Source: Candidatus Eiseniibacteriota bacterium
Lineage (GTDB): Bacteria > Eisenbacteria > RBG-16-71-46 > DASYSL01
Assembly: GCA_031431875.1 (NCBI GenBank)
Contig: JANPEF010000094.1
Span: 1 to 58,878, forward strand
Length of the DNA: 58,878 bases
Direction of reading: 5' to 3'
Shown: positions 49,868 through 58,878 of the stretch, piece by piece
How the letters are laid out: every line of letters begins with the position of its first letter
Numbering within the stretch: position 1 is the first letter of the stretch
Made by a program: the position numbers and the translations under genes
The notes under the pieces: model-generated
Database searches by the model: none
The model's input: only the letters and a program-made list of their open reading frames with translations
Told to the model about the DNA's origin: nothing

Positions 49868-50575
49868 CTAGTGGTATTGCGCCTTCACACTTCCCCAGGT
49901 CGCAGGAGGCGTCGGCGTTTCAAGGCCATAGCCCTGGCAGGACGCGATGGCATGGCTCGCAGGCAGGCCGCGAAACCGGTAAGTGACTTCCGCGAGCCCG
50001 GATCCGCCCAGGTGGCCACCAACCGCAGTCGCCAGCGCGTTGATCACGAAGGACGTCCCCGGTGCGACCATGACGGGCAATGCCAGTTGCGTGATCCCGG
50101 TCGCCGTGAGCTGGATGACGTGCGACGGCGAGCTCCCGAGGCCCAGTTCGGCCACGGCCGTTCCCTCGATATCGATCATGGCGTTCAACTGCAGCACGAC
50201 CTCAAAGGAGAGCGGTGGACCCGCGGGGCCGAGGACGACGTACTCATCGGCGACCCGGACGAAGGTGTCGCCTGGCCCGTATAGAGAGTTCGATCCGCGG
50301 GCCACGATCGTCGCGTTCGGGAGGTCGTAGCAGGCTTCCGTGCACTTCTGCCCCGCCTCCCACGGAACGATCTGATCGGTGATCTCGAGGCTTCCGGTCG
50401 GGGACGTCGACTGAAAACCGACATCCGTGCGGCTGACCGTGATCGAGTTTTCCGGGCACGAATCCCCGGCCAGAGCAGGAGATGTGAGCGAAAGCATGAT
50501 CGCGGCGCCCAGGCCGACATGGCATCTGCGTGGGCTGCGGGCGAAACCAACGCGACCATGAGGCGACATCGTCAC
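49868..50575 (-). CDS. secreted Cys-containing hypothetical protein with C-terminal TWGSVKAQYH motif
   Basis: AGGAG RBS; signal peptide ending ALA-G; C-terminus TPTPPATWGSVKAQYH. Confidence 0.7.
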   Translation of the reverse strand: MTMSPHGRVGFARSPRRCHVGLGAAIMLSLTSPALAGDSCPENSITVSRTDVGFQSTSPTGSLEITDQIVPWEAGQKCTEACYDLPNATIVARGSNSLYGPGDTFVRVADEYVVLGPAGPPLSFEVVLQLNAMIDIEGTAVAELGLGSSPSHVIQLTATGITQLALPVMVAPGTSFVINALATAVGGHLGGSGLAEVTYRFRGLPASHAIASCQGYGLETPTPPATWGSVKAQYH

Positions 50576-50652
50576 TCCTGACCGGCGGCAGAGTCTCTAC
50601 TGAGATGGAGCACGATTCTATTCCCCTGGTTTGCAGGAAGCAAGCGGACCCG

Positions 50653-51552
50653 CTAGCCGAACAGGTCCCGCCGCGCCACGCGCGTGAGCTCGAGCACCGC
50701 CGGATGCTTGATGCGCCGCTCCACCGACACCGCGAAGAACCGCTCCCGCACGCCGGTCAGCATGCCGATGCGGCGCAGATCGTACTGCGCTCGCAACTCG
50801 CGCTCGATCACGACCGGCGAGGCAACGACGCCAAAGCCCGCCTGCCCGAACGACTTCATGAGCGCGCTGTCCTCGAACTCGCCGACGACCAGCGGGCGGA
50901 TCTCGCGCCGGTCGAACCAGGCGTCGACCTGGCGGCGGAGCGCCGTCCCCTCCAGCGGCAGGAGGATCGGCGCGCCTTTGAGGCTGGCTGGGAACCGGGG
51001 GCGCAGGCGCCGGGCCATGGCTGCCGGCGCGTAGAGCGCGACGTCGCAGGCGCCCAGCAGGTGGGGATACGCCCGCAGCGGCGCTCCGGCGGAGGGCGGG
51101 GAGTCGGTGAGCACGAGATCCAGCTCGTGGATCGCAAGTGCGGCGAACAGGCGGTCGACGCGATCCTCGCGCACGGTCAGGCGGACGGGCGTGGGGAGGC
51201 GCAGCGCCGGCTCGATCAGCCGCTGGGCGACAAGCTTGGGCAGGACGTCGGCGACGCCGACGGTGAACTTGATTGGGAGGCCCGTCGGGCGGTCGCGCAG
51301 CGTGTCGAGCATCTCGCGGCCCAGCCCGAAGATCTCGTCCGCGTAGCGCTGCACCAGGCGGCCGGTCTCGGTCGGCTCGAGGCCGCGCCCGACGCGGGTG
51401 AAGAGCGCCGCGCCCAGGAAGTCCTCGAGGCTGCGGATCTGCCCCGACAGCGTGGGCTGCGACAGTCCGAGGGCGCGCGCCGCGCGGGCGACACCGCCCT
51501 CGCGCGTGACCATCCAGAAGTAGAACAGGTGATGGTAGTTGAGGCGTTCCAT
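50653..51552 (-). CDS. nhaR: LysR-family regulator, NhaR-like
   Basis: LNYHHL.YFW.V.REG.V..AA..L..SQPT.SGQI, GEFEDSALMK.FG, ERRIKHP. Confidence 0.85.
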   Translation of the reverse strand: MERLNYHHLFYFWMVTREGGVARAARALGLSQPTLSGQIRSLEDFLGAALFTRVGRGLEPTETGRLVQRYADEIFGLGREMLDTLRDRPTGLPIKFTVGVADVLPKLVAQRLIEPALRLPTPVRLTVREDRVDRLFAALAIHELDLVLTDSPPSAGAPLRAYPHLLGACDVALYAPAAMARRLRPRFPASLKGAPILLPLEGTALRRQVDAWFDRREIRPLVVGEFEDSALMKSFGQAGFGVVASPVVIERELRAQYDLRRIGMLTGVRERFFAVSVERRIKHPAVLELTRVARRDLFG

Positions 51553-51564
51553 GTCGGCCAGTCT

Positions 51565-51579
51565 ATCGGAATACCCGAT
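51565..51579. promoter_or_regulatory. LysR-type operator (T-N11-A dyad)
   Basis: ATCGG-AATAC-CCGAT, abutting the -10 box (TAGACT) of the LysR gene, between divergent nhaR and terC. Confidence 0.6.
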
Positions 51580-51690
51580 GGGTTCGATCCAAAGATTTGA
51601 TTATCACGAATCAAGGTCCGGCCCCCATCCTTGGCAGGTCGGCGGCGCCCTCAGGGTGGCCTGCCCCACGACGCTCCCGAGGAGAACCCC

Positions 51691-52656
51691 ATGACCGAAT
51701 CGATCGGATCGCCCGCCCTGTACGCGGGATTCACTGCCCTCGTCGCCGCCATGCTGGCGCTCGACCTGGGCGTCTTTCACCGCAAGGCCCACGCGGTCCG
51801 CTTCAAGGAAGCCCTGATCTGGAGCGTCGTCTGGATCAGCATGGCCATGGCGTTCAACGTCTGGGTCGGGGCCACTTTCGGGCCGCAGAAGGGCCTCGAG
51901 TTCACGACCGGCTACCTGATCGAAAAGGCGCTTTCGGTCGACAACGTCTTCATCTTCCTCGTCATCTTCTCGGCCTTCGGGGTGCCGGCGGCGTACCAGC
52001 ATCGCGTCCTGTTCTGGGGCGTACTGGGCGCGCTGATCATGCGCGCCGGCTTCATCGCCGCGGGCGCGGCCGTGATGGAGGCGTTTCACGGAATCATCTA
52101 CGTCTTCGGCGCGATCCTGCTGCTGACCGGCATCAAGCTACTGCGCGCCGGAACCCACGAGGAACACCCCGAGAGAAACCCGGTCTTCCGCTGGCTGAGC
52201 CGGGTCATCCCGTCGACGAGCGCGTACCACGGGCAGAAGTTCTTCGTTCGGTTGGACGGCAGGCGCCTGGCGACGCCGCTTTTCATGGTGCTGGTCCTGA
52301 TCGAGATCACCGACGTGATCTTCGCCATCGACTCGGTCCCGGCGATCTTTGCCATCACCGGCGATCCGTTCATCGTCTACACGTCGAACATCTTCGCCAT
52401 CCTGGGGCTGCGCTCGCTCTACTTCTGCATCTCGGGCTTCGTCTCGCGACTCAAGTACCTGAAGGTCGGGTTGGCGCTGGTCCTCATCTTCGTCGCCGCG
52501 AAGATGCTCCTTTCCGAGCTCTACAAGGTGCCGATCGGCCTGTCGCTGGGCGTCATCGCCGCGATCCTCGGCGGTGCGATCGCTGCGTCGCTGTGGGCGA
52601 CGCGCAACGACCCGAAGCCGCCCCGGGCGGAGACGGCGCACGGAGACGAGAGCTGA
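51691..52656 (+). CDS. TerC/Alx-family membrane protein
   Basis: GAGGAG RBS; GYLIEKALSVDNVF, DVIFAIDSVPAI, SNIFAILGLRSLYF. Confidence 0.92.
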   Translation: MTESIGSPALYAGFTALVAAMLALDLGVFHRKAHAVRFKEALIWSVVWISMAMAFNVWVGATFGPQKGLEFTTGYLIEKALSVDNVFIFLVIFSAFGVPAAYQHRVLFWGVLGALIMRAGFIAAGAAVMEAFHGIIYVFGAILLLTGIKLLRAGTHEEHPERNPVFRWLSRVIPSTSAYHGQKFFVRLDGRRLATPLFMVLVLIEITDVIFAIDSVPAIFAITGDPFIVYTSNIFAILGLRSLYFCISGFVSRLKYLKVGLALVLIFVAAKMLLSELYKVPIGLSLGVIAAILGGAIAASLWATRNDPKPPRAETAHGDES

Positions 52657-52671
52657 CGGGTTCCGGCCGAG

Positions 52672-53508
52672 TCAGCCCCCCTCCATCCACTCATCGATCG
52701 CCGCAAACGGCAGCGCCTTCGCGCCGAAGCCGAACGTGCCATGCTCGGCCAGTTCGCGCGACGCGGTGACGAATGCGCCGTACGCCGCGCGCGCCAGCGC
52801 CGAGCCGAGGCTGATCCGCCGCACACCGGCCGCCGCGAGGTTCGCCACCGTGAATGCGGGGATCCGGCCGGTGGCGAGCACGTTCACCGGCTTCGGCGCG
52901 ACGGCCGCGCACACGGTGCGCACCGCATCGAGGTCCGGCAGACCGGGGGCGTAGAGCACGTCGGCGCCCGCATCGGCGAACGCGCGCAGCCGCGCGATGG
53001 TGCCGTCGAGGTCGGCGCGCCCGTGCAGGAAGTTCTCTGCCCGGGCGACCAGCACGAAGGGGAACGGTAGCGCGCGCGCGGCCGCAACGGCGGCTTGGAT
53101 GCGCTCGAGCGCGTGGGTCGCCTCGTAGATCGGGTGCGCTTCGTCGCCGCCGGAGTCCTCGATCGAGCCGCCGACGGCCCCGGCGGCAGCCGCGCGCCGG
53201 ATCGTTTCAGCGACGACGGCCGGCTCCGCACCAAAGCCGTTCTCGAGGTCGGCCGAGACCGGCAAGTCGGTCGCCGCGACGATTGTCCGCACGTGGTCGA
53301 GGGCCTCGTCGCGGGTCACCAGCCCGAGGCCGTCCACCCGACCGAGCGAGATCGCAAGCCCCGCGCTCGTCGTCGCGACCGCCTGGAAGCCGAGCCCGGC
53401 CAGGATGCGCGTCGTGCCGACGTCCCAGGGATTCGGCAGGACAAACGTCCCGGACGCATCGTGCAGCGCACGGAAGCGTCGCGCGCGATCGGCCTGGGTG
53501 GAACTCAT
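52672..53508 (-). CDS. isocitrate lyase/PEP mutase family protein
   Basis: LPNPWDVG, ATTSAG, VSADLENGF, SIED, ARAE, AGADVLYAPG. Confidence 0.88.
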   Translation of the reverse strand: MSSTQADRARRFRALHDASGTFVLPNPWDVGTTRILAGLGFQAVATTSAGLAISLGRVDGLGLVTRDEALDHVRTIVAATDLPVSADLENGFGAEPAVVAETIRRAAAAGAVGGSIEDSGGDEAHPIYEATHALERIQAAVAAARALPFPFVLVARAENFLHGRADLDGTIARLRAFADAGADVLYAPGLPDLDAVRTVCAAVAPKPVNVLATGRIPAFTVANLAAAGVRRISLGSALARAAYGAFVTASRELAEHGTFGFGAKALPFAAIDEWMEGG

Positions 53509-54602
53509 GTGAACCTCGCCCTGCGGATGTTGATCGACGGGTGGTAGCTCACGCCGGTGCGCGGGAGCGCCGGCTCGCGGCGCAAGCGCAGCAACTCGCC
53601 CACGCCTGCCGTGGCGATCGCGATCGAAAGCGCCTCACCGGGGCAGGCGTGTGCCGCCGACCCGAACGTGAAGGTGCGGCGCTCCGGGCGAATTGGATCG
53701 AATCGATCCGGATCGGCGTTCGCCACGGGATCGCGATTCGCGGCGGCGAGGACGACGAGGATCGCGTCCCCGGCGGCGATGTCCTGGCCGGTGATCGTCG
53801 TCGGCACGAGCGCCCAGCGCCGGGTGTTCTGCACCGGAGCGTCGAAGCGCGCAACTTCGCGCACGATGTCGCCCAGGAGCGCGCTGTCGCTGCGGGCCAC
53901 CGCGCGGAGCTCGTCGCGCGAGGCGAGCGCGAGCAGCGTATTCGCCATCAGGGCGGCCGTCGCTTCGCCCGACTGGACGAGCAGGCCGATACCGTTCGCC
54001 ACCGCGTCGTCGACGACGCCCGGACCGCTTCCGGTGACCGGGCCCACCAATTCGAGCAGCCCGGCGGCGGCATTCGCGCCGCGCTTTGCGGCCCCCGAGC
54101 CTGGAGCCGCGACGAACGAGCCGACGAACGCGCGGGTCTGCGCCGTCGCGCCGGGCAGCAGGGCCGCGGGGATGCCGAGCAGGGCGCCGACGACCTGGAG
54201 CGGAAGTAGGATCATGAACTCCTCGGCCGCGAGCTCCGGGGCGAGGCCTTCGGCGTGTTCGCGACTGGCGCTGGCGACCCGATCGTCGTCGAACGCGGCG
54301 AGCATGCGCACCGCGTCATCGCGGCGTGCCGCGTGCTCGGGCCCGTCGCTCATGCGCGCGAAGCGGCTGAAGATCGCGCCCGCGGCCGTGCCTGCGATCG
54401 AAGGCGGAATCCGCTCCGCGGGCGGGCGGACGCTCAACGACTTGTCGGCGAGCACGGCCTCGACGGCGGTTGCACTCGTGGCAATCCACATGCCGAGTGC
54501 CTCGTCCCGCGCGATCCCGCCACGCGCGACAAGTCGCGCGTAATAGGGATACGGATCGGGATGGACGACCGCTGCGACCGCGTCGACCGGATCCGCGCTC
54601 AC
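53505..54602 (-). CDS. cytochrome P450
   Basis: DPYPYY, DGPEH, ExxR (EVAR), AANRDP, FDP.R, FGSAAHACPG heme motif. Confidence 0.9.
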   Translation of the reverse strand: MSADPVDAVAAVVHPDPYPYYARLVARGGIARDEALGMWIATSATAVEAVLADKSLSVRPPAERIPPSIAGTAAGAIFSRFARMSDGPEHAARRDDAVRMLAAFDDDRVASASREHAEGLAPELAAEEFMILLPLQVVGALLGIPAALLPGATAQTRAFVGSFVAAPGSGAAKRGANAAAGLLELVGPVTGSGPGVVDDAVANGIGLLVQSGEATAALMANTLLALASRDELRAVARSDSALLGDIVREVARFDAPVQNTRRWALVPTTITGQDIAAGDAILVVLAAANRDPVANADPDRFDPIRPERRTFTFGSAAHACPGEALSIAIATAGVGELLRLRREPALPRTGVSYHPSINIRRARFT

Positions 54603-55231
54603 TCGCCCAACAGCGAGAGCTGCCGCGCCTCGCCCTTCGCATCGGCGACGGCCGCCCGCTCGTGCTCGAGCAGCGTGCGCTTGCGCGACATGCCGCCGGC
54701 GTAGCCGGTGAGCGAACCGTCAGCGCCGATCACGCGATGGCAGGGCACGACGATGGCGACCGGGTTCCGGCTGTTCGCCAGGCCCACGGCGCGCGCGCCG
54801 CCCTTGCTGCCGATCGCCTCGGCGAGGGCGCCGTACGAGCGCGTCTCGCCGGCGGGGATGGTGAGCAGCCCCGACCACACGCGTCGCTCGAACTCGCTGC
54901 CACGCAGGTCGAGCGCGAGTTCGTCCCCGCGCGGCAGGTCGCCGGCGAAGTAGCGGCGCAGCCACACGCGCACGGGCGCGAGCGGGCCGCCGCGGGCGCC
55001 CGCCTCGACGAGCGAATCGGGTGCGCCGCCCAGGTCCGGGAAGCGAGCGGCCAGGCGCGCGGCCAGCGAACGGGCGCGCCGCAGTCCGTCGAACTCGAGT
55101 TCGCACAGGCCGAGGGGCGACGCGACCGCGAGCAGCGGCCCCATCGGGGACTCGACGATGGTCCAGGTGAACTGATCGCTGCGCGTGGCGCGCGGAGCGC
55201 GGGCGGTGGTGCGGAGTGCGGCGACGGCCAT
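54599..55231 (-). CDS. ogt: methylated-DNA--protein-cysteine methyltransferase
   Basis: IP.GETRSY, ARAVG.AN..NP, VPCHRV, LTGYAGG; GAGGAGGAG RBS. Confidence 0.92.
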   Translation of the reverse strand: MAVAALRTTARAPRATRSDQFTWTIVESPMGPLLAVASPLGLCELEFDGLRRARSLAARLAARFPDLGGAPDSLVEAGARGGPLAPVRVWLRRYFAGDLPRGDELALDLRGSEFERRVWSGLLTIPAGETRSYGALAEAIGSKGGARAVGLANSRNPVAIVVPCHRVIGADGSLTGYAGGMSRKRTLLEHERAAVADAKGEARQLSLLGE

Positions 55232-55404
55232 GGCTCCTCCTCGGCGGCTTCATGTCTCGGGACCGCAGTCACCGTACCGCCGCCCGGGGACGTTGTCCCG
55301 CGCCATCGACGACCGGTGGGGCGCCACGTCCGAAACCGTCCGGTTCGGGCCGGCGGCGCGAGGCCACCCTCGACCCCGCCCCCCGCGGCCGGTACGATGG
55401 GTGG

Positions 55405-56169
55405 GTGATCGACACCCACTGCCACCTCGGCTCCTCGCGCTACAAGAAGGATCGCCCGGACGTGATGGCCCGCGCGCGGGCTGCGGGCGTGACCGCGTTC
55501 GTCGAGGTCGCCTACGACCTGCCCACCTCCGAGCGGTCCCTCGCGCTGGCGGGGGAACACGCCGACGTGTGGGCCACCGTGGGCATGCACCCGCACGAGG
55601 TGGCGACCGCGCCGGCCGATGCGTTCGAGCGGCTGGCGGCACTGGCGATGCAGCCGCGCGTCGTCGCGATCGGCGAGTGCGGGCTCGATTTCTACCGCAA
55701 CCTATCGCCGGCGGACCTGCAGCGCGACTGGTTCGAGCGGCAGATCGCGCTGGCGCGCGAGCGCAACCTGCCGCTCGTCGTGCACAGTCGCGATGCGATG
55801 GACGAGACGATCGATCGTCTCGAGCGCGCCGCACCGCCGCGCGCCGGCGTGCTGCACTGCTACTCCGGCAACGCCGCCCAGGCCCGTCGCGCCGCCGATC
55901 TCGGCTTCGCGCTGGGCTTCGGCGGCGCGCTCACCTATGGCGACGCCGACCTCGAGGAGGCGGCGCGCACGGCGCCCGACGAGGCGTTGCTGCTCGAGAC
56001 CGATGCGCCGTACCTGGTCCCCGAACCGCGCGACACCAAGCGCAACGAGCCTGCCCTGATCGGGCGAGTGCGCGCGAAGCTCGCCCGCCTGCGCGGGACG
56101 AGCGAGGAAGCGATCGATGAACTCACCACGCAAAACGCCACGCGGCTTCTTGCGCTTGGGACGGCCTGA
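55405..56169 (+). CDS. tatD: TatD-family hydrolase
   Basis: IDTHCHL, GMHPH, IGECGLDFY, HSRDA, HCYSG, LETDAPY, NEP. Confidence 0.93.
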   Translation: MIDTHCHLGSSRYKKDRPDVMARARAAGVTAFVEVAYDLPTSERSLALAGEHADVWATVGMHPHEVATAPADAFERLAALAMQPRVVAIGECGLDFYRNLSPADLQRDWFERQIALARERNLPLVVHSRDAMDETIDRLERAAPPRAGVLHCYSGNAAQARRAADLGFALGFGGALTYGDADLEEAARTAPDEALLLETDAPYLVPEPRDTKRNEPALIGRVRAKLARLRGTSEEAIDELTTQNATRLLALGTA

Positions 56170-57046
56170 GGAGCGGGTTCCTTTCGCCGATACGACGAAT
56201 GTCCACGATCGCCTGCTGGCGCGCGGCATCAAGCCGCGCAAGAAGTGGGGCCAGAACTTCATCACGCGTCCCGAGATCGCCACCAAGATCGTCGATGCCG
56301 TGCACCTGACCGGTGACGAGGTCGTCGTCGAGATCGGCCCGGGCGCCGGCGCGCTCACCGGCCTGCTGGCCCAACGCGCCCGCAAGGTGGTCGCCATCGA
56401 GTTCGACGAGGGGCTCGCCGACCTGCTGGTCGAGGACCTGGGCGAGTGGTCGAAGGTCGAGATCGTGCGTGGCAACGTGCTCGACCAATCGCTGGCCGCG
56501 ATCCGCGAGCAGAACGGCGGCGGGAAGCTCGTCGTCGTCGGTAACATCCCGTACTCGATCACGACGCCGATCCTCGAGTGGCTGATCGCCGGCCGCGAGC
56601 ACGTCTCGCACGGCTCGTTGATGATGCAGAAGGAGTACGCGGCGCGCCTGGCAGCGGCCGCCGGCAGCGACGACTACGGGTCACTCACCGTCTTCGCGCG
56701 CTATTTCCTGATCCTCGAGCCGCTGTTCACCGTCCCGCCCGCGGCGTTCTGGCCGCGGCCGCAGGTCGAGTCGATGGTCGTCCGCCTGCGCTTCCGCACG
56801 ACGCCGCCCGTCGAGGTGCCGGATCCGGACCGGCTGTTCGCCATCGTGCGCGCCGCGTTCGGGCAGCGGCGCAAGACGCTGACCAACGCCCTGATGCCCC
56901 TGTACGGCGACGATCGCGACCGGGTCGAGCGCCTTTTGCGTTCGGCGCACGTCGCGGGCAACCGGCGCGGCGAGACGCTCGACATCGACGAATACGCACG
57001 GATCGCGCGGCACGAGGCGCCGTACCGCGTCCCCGAAGAGTCGTGA
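56117..57046 (+). CDS. rsmA: 16S rRNA m6,2A dimethyltransferase RsmA/KsgA
   Basis: KKWGQNF, EIGPG.G.LT, GNIPY.ITTP, MMQKE.A.R, F.P.P.V.S, FGQRRKTL; start uncertain. Confidence 0.92.
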   Translation: MNSPRKTPRGFLRLGRPEERVPFADTTNVHDRLLARGIKPRKKWGQNFITRPEIATKIVDAVHLTGDEVVVEIGPGAGALTGLLAQRARKVVAIEFDEGLADLLVEDLGEWSKVEIVRGNVLDQSLAAIREQNGGGKLVVVGNIPYSITTPILEWLIAGREHVSHGSLMMQKEYAARLAAAAGSDDYGSLTVFARYFLILEPLFTVPPAAFWPRPQVESMVVRLRFRTTPPVEVPDPDRLFAIVRAAFGQRRKTLTNALMPLYGDDRDRVERLLRSAHVAGNRRGETLDIDEYARIARHEAPYRVPEES

Positions 57047-57834
57047 GCGAGGACTCCGCCCGCCGGCCCTGGACGTCGCCGTCGCGGCTCTCCACGTTCC
57101 GCGACTGCCCGCGCAAGTACCGCTTCCAGCATGTCGAGAAGCTGCCCACCCGCCCGTCGCCGCACATGGACCTGGGCTCCAACGTGCATGCCGCGCTGCG
57201 CGACTGGTTCAGGCTGCCGCGGCTCGAGCGAACCTGGGAGCGCATGCTCGAGCTCTATCGCGCGGCCTGGCGCACGAACATGCCGGCGTTCCGTACCCGC
57301 AGTCGCGACGAGTTGCGCGAGTTCGGCGAGCGCGGCAAGGCGATGCTGCGGCGCTTCGTCGACGAGACGCCGGCCGACACGGAGCCGCTCGCGATCGAGA
57401 AGTGGGTGGGCCTCGACTTCGGCGACCTCGAGGTGAAGGGCAAGGTCGACCGTGTCGACCTGCTCCCCGACGGTAGCCTGCGCGTCGTCGACTACAAGAC
57501 CGGCAAGTTCCCGAAGGATCCGGCCCGGATGGCCGACGAGGATCTCGCCGCGGTCGTCTACGCCGGCGGCGCCAGCCGCGACTTCGTCGGGGCACCCGTG
57601 GGAGCGATCGAATACCTGTACCTCGCCAGCGGGGAACGCCTCACCTTCCCCGTCGACGAAGCGTGGCGCGCCGAGCGCGAGCGCGCCGTCGGTGAACTCG
57701 CCCGGACGGTCCGCGCGGCCGAGGCGGACGACGCGTTTCCGGCGGTGCCCACGAAGCTCTGCGCCTGGTGTGACTTCGTGCGCCGCTGCCCCGAGGGACA
57801 GGCGTTCCTTGACGCGCACGACGCACGCCGATAG
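57043..57834 (+). CDS. stand-alone PD-(D/E)XK nuclease (RecB/AddB/Cas4-like, four-Cys cluster)
   Basis: SPSRL..F..CPR.Y, G..VH..L, GKVDRVD, VVDYKTG, C.WC.F...CP; GTGA overlap. Confidence 0.88.
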   Translation: MSEDSARRPWTSPSRLSTFRDCPRKYRFQHVEKLPTRPSPHMDLGSNVHAALRDWFRLPRLERTWERMLELYRAAWRTNMPAFRTRSRDELREFGERGKAMLRRFVDETPADTEPLAIEKWVGLDFGDLEVKGKVDRVDLLPDGSLRVVDYKTGKFPKDPARMADEDLAAVVYAGGASRDFVGAPVGAIEYLYLASGERLTFPVDEAWRAERERAVGELARTVRAAEADDAFPAVPTKLCAWCDFVRRCPEGQAFLDAHDARR

Positions 57835-57844
57835 CGTGCCGCCC

Positions 57845-58878
57845 ATGGCGCGTGCACCGCGGCGGGGGCGGGGCGGACGCACTTCCCCCCGCACGCTTCT
57901 CTTTCTCATGCTCGGCGTTCTCGGATTGTACGCCCTCGGCGAAGCCTTGCTCTTCGGCCGCTCCGAGGACGGCCTGGTCACGCGCGCCAACTTCGGGCTG
58001 CCTGTCGACGAGGGCGCACTCACGCGCTCGTTGTCGAAGACGATCAAGTCGACGCTCACCGAGTTCGGGATTCCGCCGGGCGCGCAGGTGATCCGCAAGC
58101 TCGACGGCAGCGAGGGCGCCGGCGCGCGGGTCGAGTGGATCGCCTACCTGCCCGGCCGCGCGTCGACTCTCCAATTGAACGCCCGCCTGACCGAGGCGCT
58201 GGGTGAACGCCACGCCCGCGTGCTCGACGCGTGGGAGGACACGCTGGCCACGCCCGGCTCGTCGGTGCACATGCTGGTCGGCGCCGGGAAGATCCGCACC
58301 CACGAGCTCATCTTGCAACGGCGCAACGATACCGACGGTGCACGCGAGTACGAGCCCGCACGGCTCTTTCTCGTGGTCGACGCGTTCGGCAGCGCGCTCA
58401 GCGACACGCTGGGCGCCCAATTCCTGGCACTCGACGTGCCGCTCACAGGCGCCGTGTTGCCGCGGATGCCATCGACGAAGGAGTGGGCGACCCGACTCCA
58501 CGGCAAGCGCTACGACGTGCTCGCCCAGATCCCGATGGAGCCCGAGGGATACCCCAAGCGCGACCCCGGACCGGGCGCCGTCCTGGTCGACATGCAGTCC
58601 GGACAGATCCAGCGCACCGTTCGCAAACACCTGACGGACATTCCATACGTCGTCGGCGCGACCAGCTTCCAGGGCGCGATGGCGCTCGCCGACGGCGCGG
58701 CGATGACGGCGGTGATGTCCGAGCTTGATCGCGCCCGCATGTTCTGGCTCGATGCGCGCATCGTGCCGTCGTCGGTCGCCGCCGAGCGTGCGGCCGAAGC
58801 CGGCGTGATCACGTTTCGCATCGACCAGATTCTCGAGGCGCCGGGACGCCGCGACGCGGAGGTGAAGGCGATGGGTCG
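57845..58878 (+). CDS. divergent polysaccharide deacetylase (YibQ-like) family protein, 3'-truncated by the window end
   Basis: Manual translation (absent from the ORF track because there is no stop): N-terminal TM, LVVDAFG, PLTGAVLP, QIPMEP.GYP..DPGPG. Confidence 0.8.
   Translation, partial: MARAPRRGRGGRTSPRTLLFLMLGVLGLYALGEALLFGRSEDGLVTRANFGLPVDEGALTRSLSKTIKSTLTEFGIPPGAQVIRKLDGSEGAGARVEWIAYLPGRASTLQLNARLTEALGERHARVLDAWEDTLATPGSSVHMLVGAGKIRTHELILQRRNDTDGAREYEPARLFLVVDAFGSALSDTLGAQFLALDVPLTGAVLPRMPSTKEWATRLHGKRYDVLAQIPMEPEGYPKRDPGPGAVLVDMQSGQIQRTVRKHLTDIPYVVGATSFQGAMALADGAAMTAVMSELDRARMFWLDARIVPSSVAAERAAEAGVITFRIDQILEAPGRRDAEVKAMG

Noticed and set aside
57043..57834. Cas4 / CRISPR locus
   Set aside because: No cas1, cas2 or repeat-spacer array was seen, and the gene sits in a housekeeping run after rsmA.

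Overview
A 58.9-kb, very GC-rich chromosomal segment from a diderm bacterium. FlgD-Ig-tailed secreted proteins, a PorV-like barrel and a TWGxxK C-terminal motif suggest an FCB-associated lineage such as Ca. Eisenbacteria or Latescibacteria (inference). About 48 genes; no rRNA, tRNA, CRISPR array or transposase was recognised. In order: a microcompartment-type aldehyde dehydrogenase; a probable sphingolipid operon (spt, bcerS-like, SDR reductase, Aur1/PAP2-like, then a His-motif membrane protein); a minus-strand metal/redox operon; mlaE-F-D; FlgD-Ig surface proteins with a PorV-like barrel; an M1 peptidase, a rhodanese and two DEDDh exonucleases (one fused to WYL); a 14-repeat FG-GAP protein; moxR-DUF58-vWA; mfd (1-nt frameshift); two PPIases; ftsE-ftsX-envC; holB; a TLEGW voltage-gated channel; metG; an accessory islet (nhaR/terC, ogt-P450-ICL/PEPM); tatD; rsmA; a PD-(D/E)XK nuclease; and a partial divergent polysaccharide deacetylase. 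The top finding is that two separate ORF-track fragments form one gene (11082->10042, minus strand). It has two in-frame TGA codons making a U-A-G-U motif just after the signal peptide, followed at once by a SECIS-like hairpin with a GGUC loop. This points to a candidate di-selenocysteine outer-membrane channel, translationally coupled to HMA-thioredoxin and TlpA genes. Also notable: at least nine genes with leaderless-promoter geometry, and probable CTG starts overlapping upstream stop codons. All calls come from motif recognition by eye; no database searches were run.
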